A stretch of 64,000 nucleotides of DNA from positions 36,077 to 100,076 of the IMG/VR virus record IMGVR_UViG_3300032236_001771. The stretch is one strand, 5' to 3'. The notes below the pieces were generated by a model. It was not told the origin of the DNA. It was given only the letters and a program-made list of their open reading frames with translations, and did not search any database. A program made the position numbers and the translations under genes. Shown here piece after piece: positions 1 through 9,635 of the stretch; position 1 is the first letter of the stretch, and every line of letters starts with the position of its first letter. Source of the stretch: a virus.

Positions 1-126
1 ACTTATGTTGGTACTGGTGCTTCTTATGGTAAAGTCAGAACTTACGTGGTCCAACCAAATCCTATTACAGCAGGACCCGACGATAACTTTGGATTTAGTG
101 AAACTATAACAGAATACGGACCATAA
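1..126 (+). CDS. C-terminal end of an upstream phage protein (5' truncated)
   Basis: Open frame from base 1 (TYVGTGASYGKVRTYVVQPNPITAGPDDNFGFSETITEYGP) to TAA at 124-126; lies upstream of the terminase genes. Confidence 0.6.
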   Translation, partial: TYVGTGASYGKVRTYVVQPNPITAGPDDNFGFSETITEYGP

Positions 127-127
127 A

Positions 128-580
128 ATGAGTAAAATGTTTGACAATTTAAATGAAGTTTTTAACGTTTCTGGAGAAATTATTCCCGCAGAAGAAGTTG
201 AAATAGTAAAATCAGAAATTATAAGTGATTCTGATAAAATAGATAACGACTATGAATATGCTAGAACACAATTATATTCATTAATTCAAAAAGGACATGA
301 AGCTATTGATGGTATTTTAAATATAGCAAATGCATCTGAACATCCAAGAGCTTATGAAGTTGCTTTTCAAGGTATGAAAAATCTTGCAGACATAAATGAT
401 AAATTTATGGAATTGCATAAGAAAAGAAAAGAAATTTCTCAAGAATCTAAATCATCACCAACTACAGTAAACAATGCTTTATTTGTAGGGACTTCTGCTG
501 AATTACAACAATTTTTAAAACAAAGTACCATAAATAATACCGAGAATAAAAAATCAAATGGAAGCAGTAAAAAAACTTGA
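128..580 (+). CDS. gp16: terminase small subunit-like DNA packaging protein (T4 gp16-like)
   Basis: 150 aa; position directly before gp17 and resemblance to cyanophage gp16. Confidence 0.65.
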   Translation: MSKMFDNLNEVFNVSGEIIPAEEVEIVKSEIISDSDKIDNDYEYARTQLYSLIQKGHEAIDGILNIANASEHPRAYEVAFQGMKNLADINDKFMELHKKRKEISQESKSSPTTVNNALFVGTSAELQQFLKQSTINNTENKKSNGSSKKT

Positions 581-1097
581 GGATAGTTTAAAAAATCTCA
601 AGTCTTATGATTATAAATCCATAGATACTTTGATGAAAAATATTGGTAAACAATATAATGTAAATATGAAAGATTTACATAATTCTTTTGTTGATAAACA
701 CGGAGAAAGTCCAGATAGTTGGATAAAAAGAAAAATGGGAAAAGATATTAAAAAAACAACAAAATGTGGATGTTCTGAGGGATTAATGACTTTTAAAGAA
801 TTTGCAGAAATTTTAAATGAAAAATCTCCTGCTTGGCAGAGAAAAGCTGGGAAAAATCCTGAAGGTGGATTAAATAAAAAAGGAATTTCTTCTTATCGTA
901 AAGAACATCCTGGATCACATCTTTCTATGGCTGTTACAACAAAACCATCAAAATTAAAACCGGGATCTAAATCTGCAAATCGTAGAAAATCATTTTGCTC
1001 CAGGATGAAAGGTATGAAAGCAAAATTAACTAGTGCAAAAACTGCACATGATCCTAATTCCAGAATTAACAAATCATTAAGAAAGTGGAATTGTTAA
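558..1097 (+). CDS. conserved phage protein (possibly DUF6321-like), C-terminal KGMKAKLTSAKTAHDPNSRINKSLRKWNC
   Basis: 179 aa ORF, recognisable conserved C-terminal motif; basic, Cys-containing. Confidence 0.6.
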   Translation: MEAVKKLEDSLKNLKSYDYKSIDTLMKNIGKQYNVNMKDLHNSFVDKHGESPDSWIKRKMGKDIKKTTKCGCSEGLMTFKEFAEILNEKSPAWQRKAGKNPEGGLNKKGISSYRKEHPGSHLSMAVTTKPSKLKPGSKSANRRKSFCSRMKGMKAKLTSAKTAHDPNSRINKSLRKWNC

Positions 1098-1098
1098 T

Positions 1099-1500
1099 AT
1101 GATGACATTAAAAGAATTTAAACATGTAGTTAGTGAAAAAGAATTTGAATCAATTCTTAAAAAATTTATTCCTTTTTGTCAAAAAGAACTTAATATAAAA
1201 CAAAAACCAAAAATAACTTTTATTAGTCCAAATGTAGCTAGAGAAAAAGGCACTTTTGGAGTATATAAAAAAGGAGAAATTCAAATTGATATTGAAGGAA
1301 GACATCCAGTAGATGTTTTAAGAACGGTTGCTCATGAAATGACTCATTTTGCACAACACTTAAAACATGAAAAAGATCCTAACCGAGGAGAAACTGGAAG
1401 TAAAACAGAAAACGAATCTCAAGCAATTGCTGGAATTATAATGCGTAATTTTGATGTCAGTTATCCAAAATTGTTTAAATTATCTCATATAAAAGATTAA
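1099..1500 (+). CDS. putative zinc metallopeptidase-like protein
   Basis: HEMTHFAQH (HExxH) motif followed by GETGSKTENESQA. Confidence 0.55.
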   Translation: MMTLKEFKHVVSEKEFESILKKFIPFCQKELNIKQKPKITFISPNVAREKGTFGVYKKGEIQIDIEGRHPVDVLRTVAHEMTHFAQHLKHEKDPNRGETGSKTENESQAIAGIIMRNFDVSYPKLFKLSHIKD

Positions 1501-3149
1501 TGGCATTTGAAAAAATATATAAGGGCAATCCTAATCTTAAAGCTCAGAATGTTCAAATACAATTTACTTCTGAACAAATACATGAGTATCTTAAGTGTAA
1601 AAAAGATCCAGTATACTTTGCTTTAAATTATATAAAAATTGTATCTCTTGATGAGGGATTAGTTCCTTTTAAGATGTATAATTTTCAAAAAAAATTATTA
1701 AAAAATTTTCATAATCATAGATTTAATATTGCTAAAATGCCTAGGCAAACAGGCAAAAGCACAACAGTAGTTTCTTATCTGTTACATTATGCTTTGTTTA
1801 ATGATAATGTAAAGATTGCTATTCTTGCTAACAAAGCAGAAACTGCTAGAGAATTACTTTCTAGATTACAATTAGCGTATGAAAATTTACCAAAATGGTT
1901 ACAGCAAGGAGTTGGTTCTTGGAATAAAGGATCTGTTGAAATAGAAAATGGTTCTAAAATTATTGCAGCAAGTACTTCATCATCTGCTGTTCGTGGTAAT
2001 TCATTTAACATTATTTTTTTAGACGAATTTGCTTTTATTCCAAATCATATTGCTGAGCAATTTTTTAGTTCAGTATATCCTACAATTTCTTCAGGTAAAA
2101 CTACAAAGGTTATTATTATTTCAACCCCAAACGGGATGAATATGTTTTATAAACTTTGGCATGATGCTGAAAGGCAAAAAAATGGTTACATTCCATTAGA
2201 AGTACATTGGAGTGAAGTACCAGGAAGGGATGAAAAATGGAAAAAACAAACAATTGCCAATACATCAGAAAGACAATTTACTCAAGAATTTGAATGTGCA
2301 TTTTTAGGTTCAGTTGATACTTTAATTACTCCAGCAAAATTAAGATTAATGGTTTATGATGATCCATTAACCAGAAATGCAGGATTAGATGTTTATGAAG
2401 AGCCAGAAAAAAATAAAGATTATATGATTACTGTTGATGTTTCAAGAGGAACAAATAATGATTATTCTGCATTTGTTGTTTTTGATATTACAACTGTTCC
2501 ATATAAAATTGTAGCAAAATATAGAAGTAATGAGATTAAACCAATGCTTTTTCCAAGCATTATTGAAAAAATAGCAAAGTCATATAATAAAGCGTATGTT
2601 TTGATTGAAGTAAATGATATTGGAGAACAAATTGGAAGTATTCTTCATTATGATTTAGAATATGATCATTTACTAATGTGTTCTATGAACGGTAGAGCTG
2701 GACAACTTGTTGGTCATGGTTTTTCTGGAAAAAGAGCACAACTTGGTGTTAAAATGTCTAAAACTGTAAAAAAAATTGGATGTTCTAATCTTAAAACATT
2801 AATTGAAGATGATAAGTTAGTTGTAAGTGATTATGAAATTATTAGCGAATTAACTACTTTTATTCAACGTAATAATTCTTTTGAAGCAGAAGATGGATGT
2901 AATGATGATTTAGCTATGTGTTTAGTTATATTTTCTTGGTTAGTTGCACAACCCTATTTTAGGGAAATGACTGATCAAGATATTAGAAAAAGAATTTATG
3001 ATGATCAAGCAGATCAAATTGAAGCAGATATGGCTCCATTCGGATTTATTAATGATGGATTAAATGATGATACATTTGTTGATGTTGATGGTGATGTTTG
3101 GCATTTAGATGAATATGGTGACAGAGCATTCATGTGGGAATATAGATAA
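1500..3149 (+). CDS. gp17: terminase large subunit
   Basis: Walker A-like MPRQTGKSTTVVSYLL, FLDEFAFIP, nuclease residues MITVDVSRG; 549 aa. Confidence 0.97.
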   Translation: MAFEKIYKGNPNLKAQNVQIQFTSEQIHEYLKCKKDPVYFALNYIKIVSLDEGLVPFKMYNFQKKLLKNFHNHRFNIAKMPRQTGKSTTVVSYLLHYALFNDNVKIAILANKAETARELLSRLQLAYENLPKWLQQGVGSWNKGSVEIENGSKIIAASTSSSAVRGNSFNIIFLDEFAFIPNHIAEQFFSSVYPTISSGKTTKVIIISTPNGMNMFYKLWHDAERQKNGYIPLEVHWSEVPGRDEKWKKQTIANTSERQFTQEFECAFLGSVDTLITPAKLRLMVYDDPLTRNAGLDVYEEPEKNKDYMITVDVSRGTNNDYSAFVVFDITTVPYKIVAKYRSNEIKPMLFPSIIEKIAKSYNKAYVLIEVNDIGEQIGSILHYDLEYDHLLMCSMNGRAGQLVGHGFSGKRAQLGVKMSKTVKKIGCSNLKTLIEDDKLVVSDYEIISELTTFIQRNNSFEAEDGCNDDLAMCLVIFSWLVAQPYFREMTDQDIRKRIYDDQADQIEADMAPFGFINDGLNDDTFVDVDGDVWHLDEYGDRAFMWEYR

Positions 3150-3162
3150 AGAATTTCTTTTT

Positions 3163-3170
3163 TATAAATA
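3163..3170 (+). promoter_or_regulatory. T4-type late promoter motif TATAAATA upstream of gp18
   Basis: exact TATAAATA about 40 nt before the gp18 start. Confidence 0.6.
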
Positions 3171-3212
3171 TTTTTAGAATATCCAAATGAATCTTTTATT
3201 AGGAGATAGCAC

Positions 3213-5249
3213 ATGCCATCATTAGTCTCGCCAGGGATTCTTATCCAAGAGAGAGACCTTTCGGCTCCACAAGTTGCACCATCTTTGCAGAATGTTGCTG
3301 CACTTGTAGGTCCATTTTCAACGGGTCCTGTAGATACAATTACTTCAATTACTTCGGAAGCTAGTTTAGTTGCAACATTTGGAAAACCAAATGATAACAA
3401 TTATGAAACTTGGTTGACAGCTTCTTCTTATTTGGCTTATGGTGGTACACTTGCTGTTGTCAGACCAAGTGCTGGAACAGGTGCTTCTGCTATTATTAAT
3501 GGTGTAACAACAACAGCTATAATTTCAACTGGAACTACAACTATTTCTGCAAGCCCAGTTTTAATTAAAAATCAATCAATTTATGAAAATGTATATCGTA
3601 ATGCAACTAATTCTTGGCATTTTGCAGCTAGATATGCTGGAGATTTAGGAAATAGTGTTGGGGTTTCTATCATTGATAGAGGTGCTGATCAAGTTCTTCA
3701 GATTGGTAGTGGATTTACTGGTACTTTTACTGCAGGTTCTGTTGTTGGAACTGGAGGAACTGGTAGTTTTGCTACTGGTGTTGTATATTCGTATGATGCT
3801 ACAAATAAAATTGTGTCGGTATTTTCAACTGGAAATACTTTATTTGCTGTCGGTGATACTGTTGGTACAGGAGCCACGGTTTCTTCTGCTTCTGATTGGT
3901 ATAGCTCTTCTACTAATTATGCTATCCCACCAACAACTAAAGGAGATGGTACAGTAGTTGCTGGAACAAGTTGGTCTTCTATTGCTAAAAGACCATCAAG
4001 TTCAATATATGCTAATCAACGTGGTGGTAAAAACGATGAAATGCATGTTGTTGTATATGATTCTGACGGTAAAATTTCTGGTACTGCTGGAACTATTTTA
4101 GAGAAATTTATTGGTGTTTCTAAAGCTTATGATTGTAAATTACAAGAAGGTGATTTAAATTATATTGCAGATGTCACTACAAACAAATCTGCATTTGTAT
4201 ATTGGGGATCTCATATGCAAAATGGATTTAATGGAACTACTTATGCAGTTAAAACTTCAACCAATTTAGGTGCGGGTTCAACTTCAACTTTTGATATTAT
4301 TGGTAATGTTCAATATGATCTTTCTGGAGGAATTGATACTCAAACTCCAACTGTAGGTGAAATTAATAGTGGATATAGTTTATTTACTAGTGTTGAAAAT
4401 GTATCAATTGATTATATTTTAAATGCTGCAAGTTTTGGAACACAATCAGATACTGTAGCAAAGGCATCTAATATTATGTCTATTGCTGAAACAAGAAAAG
4501 ATTGTATTGCTTTTATTTCACCTTGGAAAGGTGGTGTTGTTGGAATCAGCTCTTCTGATACTATAACATCAAATATTATATCATTCTTCAATCAACTTGC
4601 TAGTTCTTCATATGCTGTATTTGATGGTGGTATCAAATACATGTACGATAGATATAATGACAAATATCGTTATATTCCTTGTAATGGTGATGTTGCTGGT
4701 TTATTAGCTAGTGCTTCAATTAACCAACAACCTTGGTTCTCTCCTGCTGGGTATAGTAGAGGTCAAATTAAAAATGTTGTAAAACTTACGTATACTCCAA
4801 CAAAAGCACAAAGAGATATTCTTTATACTTCTAGAGTAAATCCAATTACTTCATTCCCTGGTCAAGGAATTGTATTATTTGGTGATAAAACAGCACTCTC
4901 TAGTCCAAGTGCTTTTGATAGAATTAATGTTCGTAAATTGTTCCTTGTTCTTGAAAAAACTATTCAACAAGCCGCAAGTCAACAATTATTTGAATTTAAT
5001 GATGATTTTACTAGAAGTGCATTTAGGGGAGTTGTTGAACCATATCTCCGTGATGTACAATCAAAAAGAGGTCTTTATGATTTCTTAGTTGTTTGTGATA
5101 CAACTAATAATACCCCAGATGTAATTGATAGAAATGAATTCCGTGCAGATATTTATCTAAAACCAACTCGTTCTATCAACTATATTTACTTGACATTTGT
5201 TGCTACCCGTACTGGGGTTAGCTTTCAGCAAGTTGTAGGAACAGTTTAA
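3213..5249 (+). CDS. gp18: tail sheath protein
   Basis: MPSLVSPGILIQERDLS start and C-terminal RSINYIYLTFVATRTGVSFQQVVG; gene order. Confidence 0.95.
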   Translation: MPSLVSPGILIQERDLSAPQVAPSLQNVAALVGPFSTGPVDTITSITSEASLVATFGKPNDNNYETWLTASSYLAYGGTLAVVRPSAGTGASAIINGVTTTAIISTGTTTISASPVLIKNQSIYENVYRNATNSWHFAARYAGDLGNSVGVSIIDRGADQVLQIGSGFTGTFTAGSVVGTGGTGSFATGVVYSYDATNKIVSVFSTGNTLFAVGDTVGTGATVSSASDWYSSSTNYAIPPTTKGDGTVVAGTSWSSIAKRPSSSIYANQRGGKNDEMHVVVYDSDGKISGTAGTILEKFIGVSKAYDCKLQEGDLNYIADVTTNKSAFVYWGSHMQNGFNGTTYAVKTSTNLGAGSTSTFDIIGNVQYDLSGGIDTQTPTVGEINSGYSLFTSVENVSIDYILNAASFGTQSDTVAKASNIMSIAETRKDCIAFISPWKGGVVGISSSDTITSNIISFFNQLASSSYAVFDGGIKYMYDRYNDKYRYIPCNGDVAGLLASASINQQPWFSPAGYSRGQIKNVVKLTYTPTKAQRDILYTSRVNPITSFPGQGIVLFGDKTALSSPSAFDRINVRKLFLVLEKTIQQAASQQLFEFNDDFTRSAFRGVVEPYLRDVQSKRGLYDFLVVCDTTNNTPDVIDRNEFRADIYLKPTRSINYIYLTFVATRTGVSFQQVVGTV

Positions 5250-5264
5250 ACAGGAGATTAACCA

Positions 5265-5849
5265 ATGGCATTTACAATTAACGATTTTCAGTCAAGAATT
5301 AGTTCTGGAGTAAGACCAAATCTTTTTAGAGTTACCATCAATCCACCAACAGTTTCTGGCGTTACCAAAACTACTCAAAATGATGCACTCACATATCTTT
5401 GTAAATCTGCAGCACTTCCAGCATCCAATATGGGAACTATTGAAGTTCCTTTTAGAGGAAGAAATTTAAAAATTCCTGGAGATAGAACTTTTGCAGCATG
5501 GAGTGCTACATTTTTTAATGATTCAAAATTTGAAGCTAGAACTTTCTTTGAATCTTGGATGAATGTAGTAAATAAAATGGATTCTAATGTTGGACAAACA
5601 GATCCAATTCAAATTTTTACTGATATTACAGTTGATCAATTATCAAAAACAGCTCCAGCTACTGGTGGAACTACTTCCACTAATGATTTACCTGTTATCA
5701 GAACTTATAAATTATTTGGTGCTTGGCCTAGTTCTGTAAGTCAAATTTCTTTAGGATTTGATACAAATAATAGCATTGAAGAATTTACTGTTGATTTTCA
5801 ATATCAATACTTTAATATTACTGGTGGAACTTCTCCAGCTATTAGCTAA
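5265..5849 (+). CDS. gp19: tail tube protein
   Basis: gp19-like sequence (FQSRISSGVRPNLFRVTINPP...) immediately after sheath. Confidence 0.93.
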   Translation: MAFTINDFQSRISSGVRPNLFRVTINPPTVSGVTKTTQNDALTYLCKSAALPASNMGTIEVPFRGRNLKIPGDRTFAAWSATFFNDSKFEARTFFESWMNVVNKMDSNVGQTDPIQIFTDITVDQLSKTAPATGGTTSTNDLPVIRTYKLFGAWPSSVSQISLGFDTNNSIEEFTVDFQYQYFNITGGTSPAIS

Positions 5850-5875
5850 ATAGTGTGAGTGCTTAATATATAATA

Positions 5876-7510
5876 ATGGCTGAATTATTTGGATTTTCAA
5901 TAAAAGAAAAAGCAATGAAACCACGCAATGTGGTTTCTCCTGTGCCCCCCAATAATGATGATGGTTCTGCCATTGCCGCTGTTGGGGGTCATTATGGTTA
6001 TTATGTAGATATGGAAGGTCGGACTAAAACCGACTTTGATTTAATTCGTCGTTATAGAGAAATGTCACTTCATCCCGAATGTGATTATATTATTGATGAT
6101 ATTGCAAATGAAGCTATTGTATCCGATCAAGATGATATTCCAGTAGAAATTGAATTATCTAATCTTAAAGTTAGCGAATCTCTTAAGAAAAAAATCAGAG
6201 AAGAATTTCAACAAGTAATTAGACTTTTAGATTTTGAAAATAAAGGACATTCAATATTTCGTCGTTGGTATATTGATGGTAGATTATTTTATCATAAATT
6301 AATTGATTTTAATGATCCATCAAAAGGTATTATTGAATTAAGATATATTGATCCGTTAAAAATTAAAAAAATTACTGAGATTAGAAAATCAGAAAAAGGA
6401 TCAGATTTTTATTCAATTGATTATGGAAAAACAACAGAATATTTTGTTTATAATGCCAAAGGAATAAATCTTAATGATTATACTGGAATAAAAATTGCAC
6501 CTGATGCTATAACATATGTTACTTCTGGAATGACTGATCCCAATAGAAATATTGTATTAAGCTATTTACACAAAGCTATTAAAATTCTTAATCAATTAAG
6601 AATGGTTGAGGATACTCTTGTCATTTATAGAATGGCTCGCGCACCAGAAAGAAGAATTTTTTATATTGACGTAGGTAATCTTCCTAAAGTTAAAGCAGAA
6701 CAATATCTTCGTGAAGTTATGACAAGATATCGTCAGAAATTAGTTTATGATTCAAATACAGGTGAAATTCGTGATGATAGAAAGCATATGAGTATGCTTG
6801 AAGATTTTTGGCTTCCTAGAAGAGAAGGTGGTAGAGGAACTGAAATTACAACTCTTCCTGGCGGACAAAATTTGGGTCAATTAGAAGATGTAAAATATTT
6901 TGAAAAGAAAATGTATGAGGCATTAAATGTGCCTGCATCTAGACTTGAAAAAGAAGGTAGTACCTTTAATTTTGGCACTAATTCTCAAATTCTTCGTGAT
7001 GAACTTAAATTTAGTAGATTTGTTGGAAGATTAAGAAAAAAATTCTCAGAATTGTTTGGAGATTTATTAAAAACACAACTTATTCTTAAAGGAATTGTTA
7101 CCCCAGAAGATTGGGAAACAATGAGAAATCAAATTCAGTATGATTATAAAGAAGATAATCATTATACTGAATTAAAAGATCTTGAAGTTTTAACAAATAG
7201 AATGAACATTTTGGCTCAATTGCAACCATACATTGGATTATATTATTCAAATGAATATATTAGAAGGCAAATTTTAAAACAAACTGATGCCGAAATTTTA
7301 GAAATTCATCAACAAATTGAACAAGAAAGAAAACAAGATTCTATTCCAGATATGACTGAAGCAGATTATTTGTCAGTTATTAATGGATTCCCAACAGCAC
7401 CTATGCCAGAAATGCCAGAAGGAGCTGGAATTCCAATGGGAGGAAATACTCCACAAAAACCAGCAAATTCTCAATCACAATCAAAAACGCAACAAAATAA
7501 AAATAAATAA
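5876..7510 (+). CDS. gp20: portal vertex protein
   Basis: 544 aa, portal motifs (ECDYIIDDIANEAIV, YIDVGNLPKVKAEQYLREVMTRYRQKLVYD). Confidence 0.96.
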   Translation: MAELFGFSIKEKAMKPRNVVSPVPPNNDDGSAIAAVGGHYGYYVDMEGRTKTDFDLIRRYREMSLHPECDYIIDDIANEAIVSDQDDIPVEIELSNLKVSESLKKKIREEFQQVIRLLDFENKGHSIFRRWYIDGRLFYHKLIDFNDPSKGIIELRYIDPLKIKKITEIRKSEKGSDFYSIDYGKTTEYFVYNAKGINLNDYTGIKIAPDAITYVTSGMTDPNRNIVLSYLHKAIKILNQLRMVEDTLVIYRMARAPERRIFYIDVGNLPKVKAEQYLREVMTRYRQKLVYDSNTGEIRDDRKHMSMLEDFWLPRREGGRGTEITTLPGGQNLGQLEDVKYFEKKMYEALNVPASRLEKEGSTFNFGTNSQILRDELKFSRFVGRLRKKFSELFGDLLKTQLILKGIVTPEDWETMRNQIQYDYKEDNHYTELKDLEVLTNRMNILAQLQPYIGLYYSNEYIRRQILKQTDAEILEIHQQIEQERKQDSIPDMTEADYLSVINGFPTAPMPEMPEGAGIPMGGNTPQKPANSQSQSKTQQNKNK

Positions 7511-7532
7511 ATAATTAAAAGGGAAAATTATT

Positions 7533-7688
7533 ATGGACACCGAACAAATTGTTTCTTATATTGCTAAAGGCAAAAATGCTCAGGCAGTTGAATTAGTTAA
7601 AGACATTCTGTATACAAAAGCAGGTGAAGCCCTATCCGATTTCAAACAAGAAGTAGGTAACTATTTCTTTAATCAAGAAGAAGAATGA
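7533..7688 (+). CDS. small prohead core protein (gp67-like position)
   Basis: Not in ORF track; ATG 7533 to TGA 7688, 51 aa MDTEQIVSYIAKGKNAQAVELVKDILYTKAGEALSDFKQEVGNYFFNQEEE, between gp20 and gp21 as in T4-like phages. Confidence 0.7.
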   Translation: MDTEQIVSYIAKGKNAQAVELVKDILYTKAGEALSDFKQEVGNYFFNQEEE

Positions 7689-8332
7689 AACTCATTACAG
7701 AACACATAGAAGATATTGAAATTCTTACTGAAGCTCGTGCTGATGGTAAGAAAGATCATTATATTAAAGGAATTTTTCTCCAAACAGAACAACAAAATCG
7801 TAATGGAAGATTTTATTCTCTTCCAATAATGGAAAAAGAAGTTAATAGATATAATGATCAATATATTAAACAAGGAAGAGCTGTTGGGGAACTTGGTCAT
7901 CCAGATGGACCAACTGTAAATTTAGATAGAGTTTCTCATCTAATTGTAGAACTTGTTCGGGATGGTAATGATTTTATTGGTAAAGCAAAACTTCTTGATA
8001 CCCCAATGGGGGCGATTGCTAAAAGTCTTTTAAATGATGGAGTTAAACTTGGTGTATCTTCTAGAGGAATTGGTTCTTTAGAAGAAAAAAATGGTATTAA
8101 GTATGTAAAAGATGATTTTATGTTAGCTACTGCAGCAGATATTGTAGCAGATCCATCTGCACCAAATGCTTTTGTTGAAGGTATTATGGAAGGTGTTGAT
8201 TGGATTTGGGATAATGGATTATTAAAAGAAGTGGAAATTCAAAAAATTAAAAATTATATTGATGAATCAACTAAACTTAATATAGAAGAAAGAAAGCTTA
8301 AAGCTTTTGAGTATTTTATAAAGAGTCTTTAA
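7685..8332 (+). CDS. gp21: prohead core scaffold and protease
   Basis: GRAVGELGHPDGPTVNLDRVSHLI, SSRGIGSLEE; gene order. Confidence 0.93.
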   Translation: MKLITEHIEDIEILTEARADGKKDHYIKGIFLQTEQQNRNGRFYSLPIMEKEVNRYNDQYIKQGRAVGELGHPDGPTVNLDRVSHLIVELVRDGNDFIGKAKLLDTPMGAIAKSLLNDGVKLGVSSRGIGSLEEKNGIKYVKDDFMLATAADIVADPSAPNAFVEGIMEGVDWIWDNGLLKEVEIQKIKNYIDESTKLNIEERKLKAFEYFIKSL

Positions 8333-8334
8333 TT

Positions 8335-8342
8335 TATAAATA
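8335..8342 (+). promoter_or_regulatory. late promoter motif TATAAATA upstream of gp22
   Basis: exact motif 38 nt before gp22 ATG. Confidence 0.6.
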
Positions 8343-8379
8343 AACATAGAATTAAAAGAAATTTTTTAGGAGTATTTCA

Positions 8380-9579
8380 ATGCCTGGTCTTGAAACTATG
8401 AAGCAGTCAAAAACTCGCGTTAATGCAAGAGCTGCTGCTCCAGAAGCGAGAAAATCAGTACCAACATCAACTGTTCCTGGTCAAGGAATTGATGATTTAG
8501 GTGGCCCACATATGACTGATTATAAGCCTACTGATGAATCTGGTAAGCTTGATGCTGGTAAAGGAGCAAAAAAATCTTCAACCAAAGTAAATTCAAAAGC
8601 TAAAGCTGCTGAAATTGGTCATGCTCTTTCTAAAGGCATTGTTTGGGGTGAAGATGTAGAACTTGATGACGCAGATGAATTAGAAGAAGCTAAACTTTCT
8701 TCCAAAAAAGTAGTCTGGGAAGAATCAGAGGAAGAAGAAGAGGAAGAAGACGGCAAGAAAAAGAAAAAGTCTTCTGAGGAAGAAGAAGAGGAGGAAGAGG
8801 AAGAAGAAGAGGAAGAAGAAGATGGTCGTAAAATGGCCAAAAAAGCTTCCAAAAAAATGAAGGAAGGATTTGATTTTGATGTCAACGAAGATGTCAATGC
8901 TCTTGTTAGCGGTGAAGATCTTTCTGAAGATTTCCGCAATAAGGCTCAAATCATTTTTGAATCTGCCGTTCGTAGCAAATTGGCTGAGCAAGTTCAAGTA
9001 TTTGAAGAGGCATATGCTGAAGTAATTGCTGAAGAAATTCGTGATTACAAAGCCAACCTTTCTGAAAAGGTTGAATCTTTCTTGAACTATGTTTGCGAAG
9101 AATGGTTAACACAAAACGAGCTTGCCATTGAATCCGGTCTGAAACTTGAAATTGCAGAAGATTTCATGGCCGGTATCAAGAGTGTTTTTGATGAAAACTA
9201 TATTCAAATGCCTGATGAAAAGGCAAACATTCTTGAAGAAATGGCCACAAAATTAGATGAAATGGAGTTTAAGCTCAATGAGCAAATTGAGAAAAACATT
9301 GACCTGAATACACAGATTGAACTCTTTGCGAAAGAGTCATTAATCAATGAAGTATCTTCAGGTTTGGCTGATTCTCAAAAAGAAAAATTTATTTCTTTAG
9401 CTGAGTCAATTGAGTTTGAAAGTGATGAACAATTTGTAGAAAAACTTGAGACTATTAAGGAAAGTTATTTCCCTCACAATCAAGTTCGTCTTGTAGAGGA
9501 TAATTTTTCAAGCAGTCATCAAGATTTGAATGATAGTATGAGTTCTTATGTTCAAGCGATCTCACGCTGGTCTAAATAA
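8380..9579 (+). CDS. gp22: prohead core scaffold protein with long Lys/Glu low-complexity tract
   Basis: position between gp21 and gp23; poly-Glu (EEEEEEEEEEEEEEEE) region. Confidence 0.9.
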   Translation: MPGLETMKQSKTRVNARAAAPEARKSVPTSTVPGQGIDDLGGPHMTDYKPTDESGKLDAGKGAKKSSTKVNSKAKAAEIGHALSKGIVWGEDVELDDADELEEAKLSSKKVVWEESEEEEEEEDGKKKKKSSEEEEEEEEEEEEEEEDGRKMAKKASKKMKEGFDFDVNEDVNALVSGEDLSEDFRNKAQIIFESAVRSKLAEQVQVFEEAYAEVIAEEIRDYKANLSEKVESFLNYVCEEWLTQNELAIESGLKLEIAEDFMAGIKSVFDENYIQMPDEKANILEEMATKLDEMEFKLNEQIEKNIDLNTQIELFAKESLINEVSSGLADSQKEKFISLAESIEFESDEQFVEKLETIKESYFPHNQVRLVEDNFSSSHQDLNDSMSSYVQAISRWSK

Positions 9580-9587
9580 GAATATTT

Positions 9588-9595
9588 TATAAATA
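9588..9595 (+). promoter_or_regulatory. late promoter motif TATAAATA upstream of gp23
   Basis: exact motif 41 nt before gp23 ATG. Confidence 0.65.
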
Positions 9596-9635
9596 AAAAT
9601 AACCCATTAACAAATTACAAAGGAGTAAATAGCAA

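Noticed and set aside
3655-5088. Alternative-frame ORFs within gp18 (3655..3957, 4870..5088)
   Set aside because: Overlap the tail sheath gene in another frame with low-complexity leucine/valine sequence and no RBS.
8619-8997. Antisense ORFs opposite gp22 (poly-Ser/Phe)
   Set aside because: Mirror of the GAA/GAG poly-Glu tract of gp22; low complexity, no RBS, not plausible proteins.
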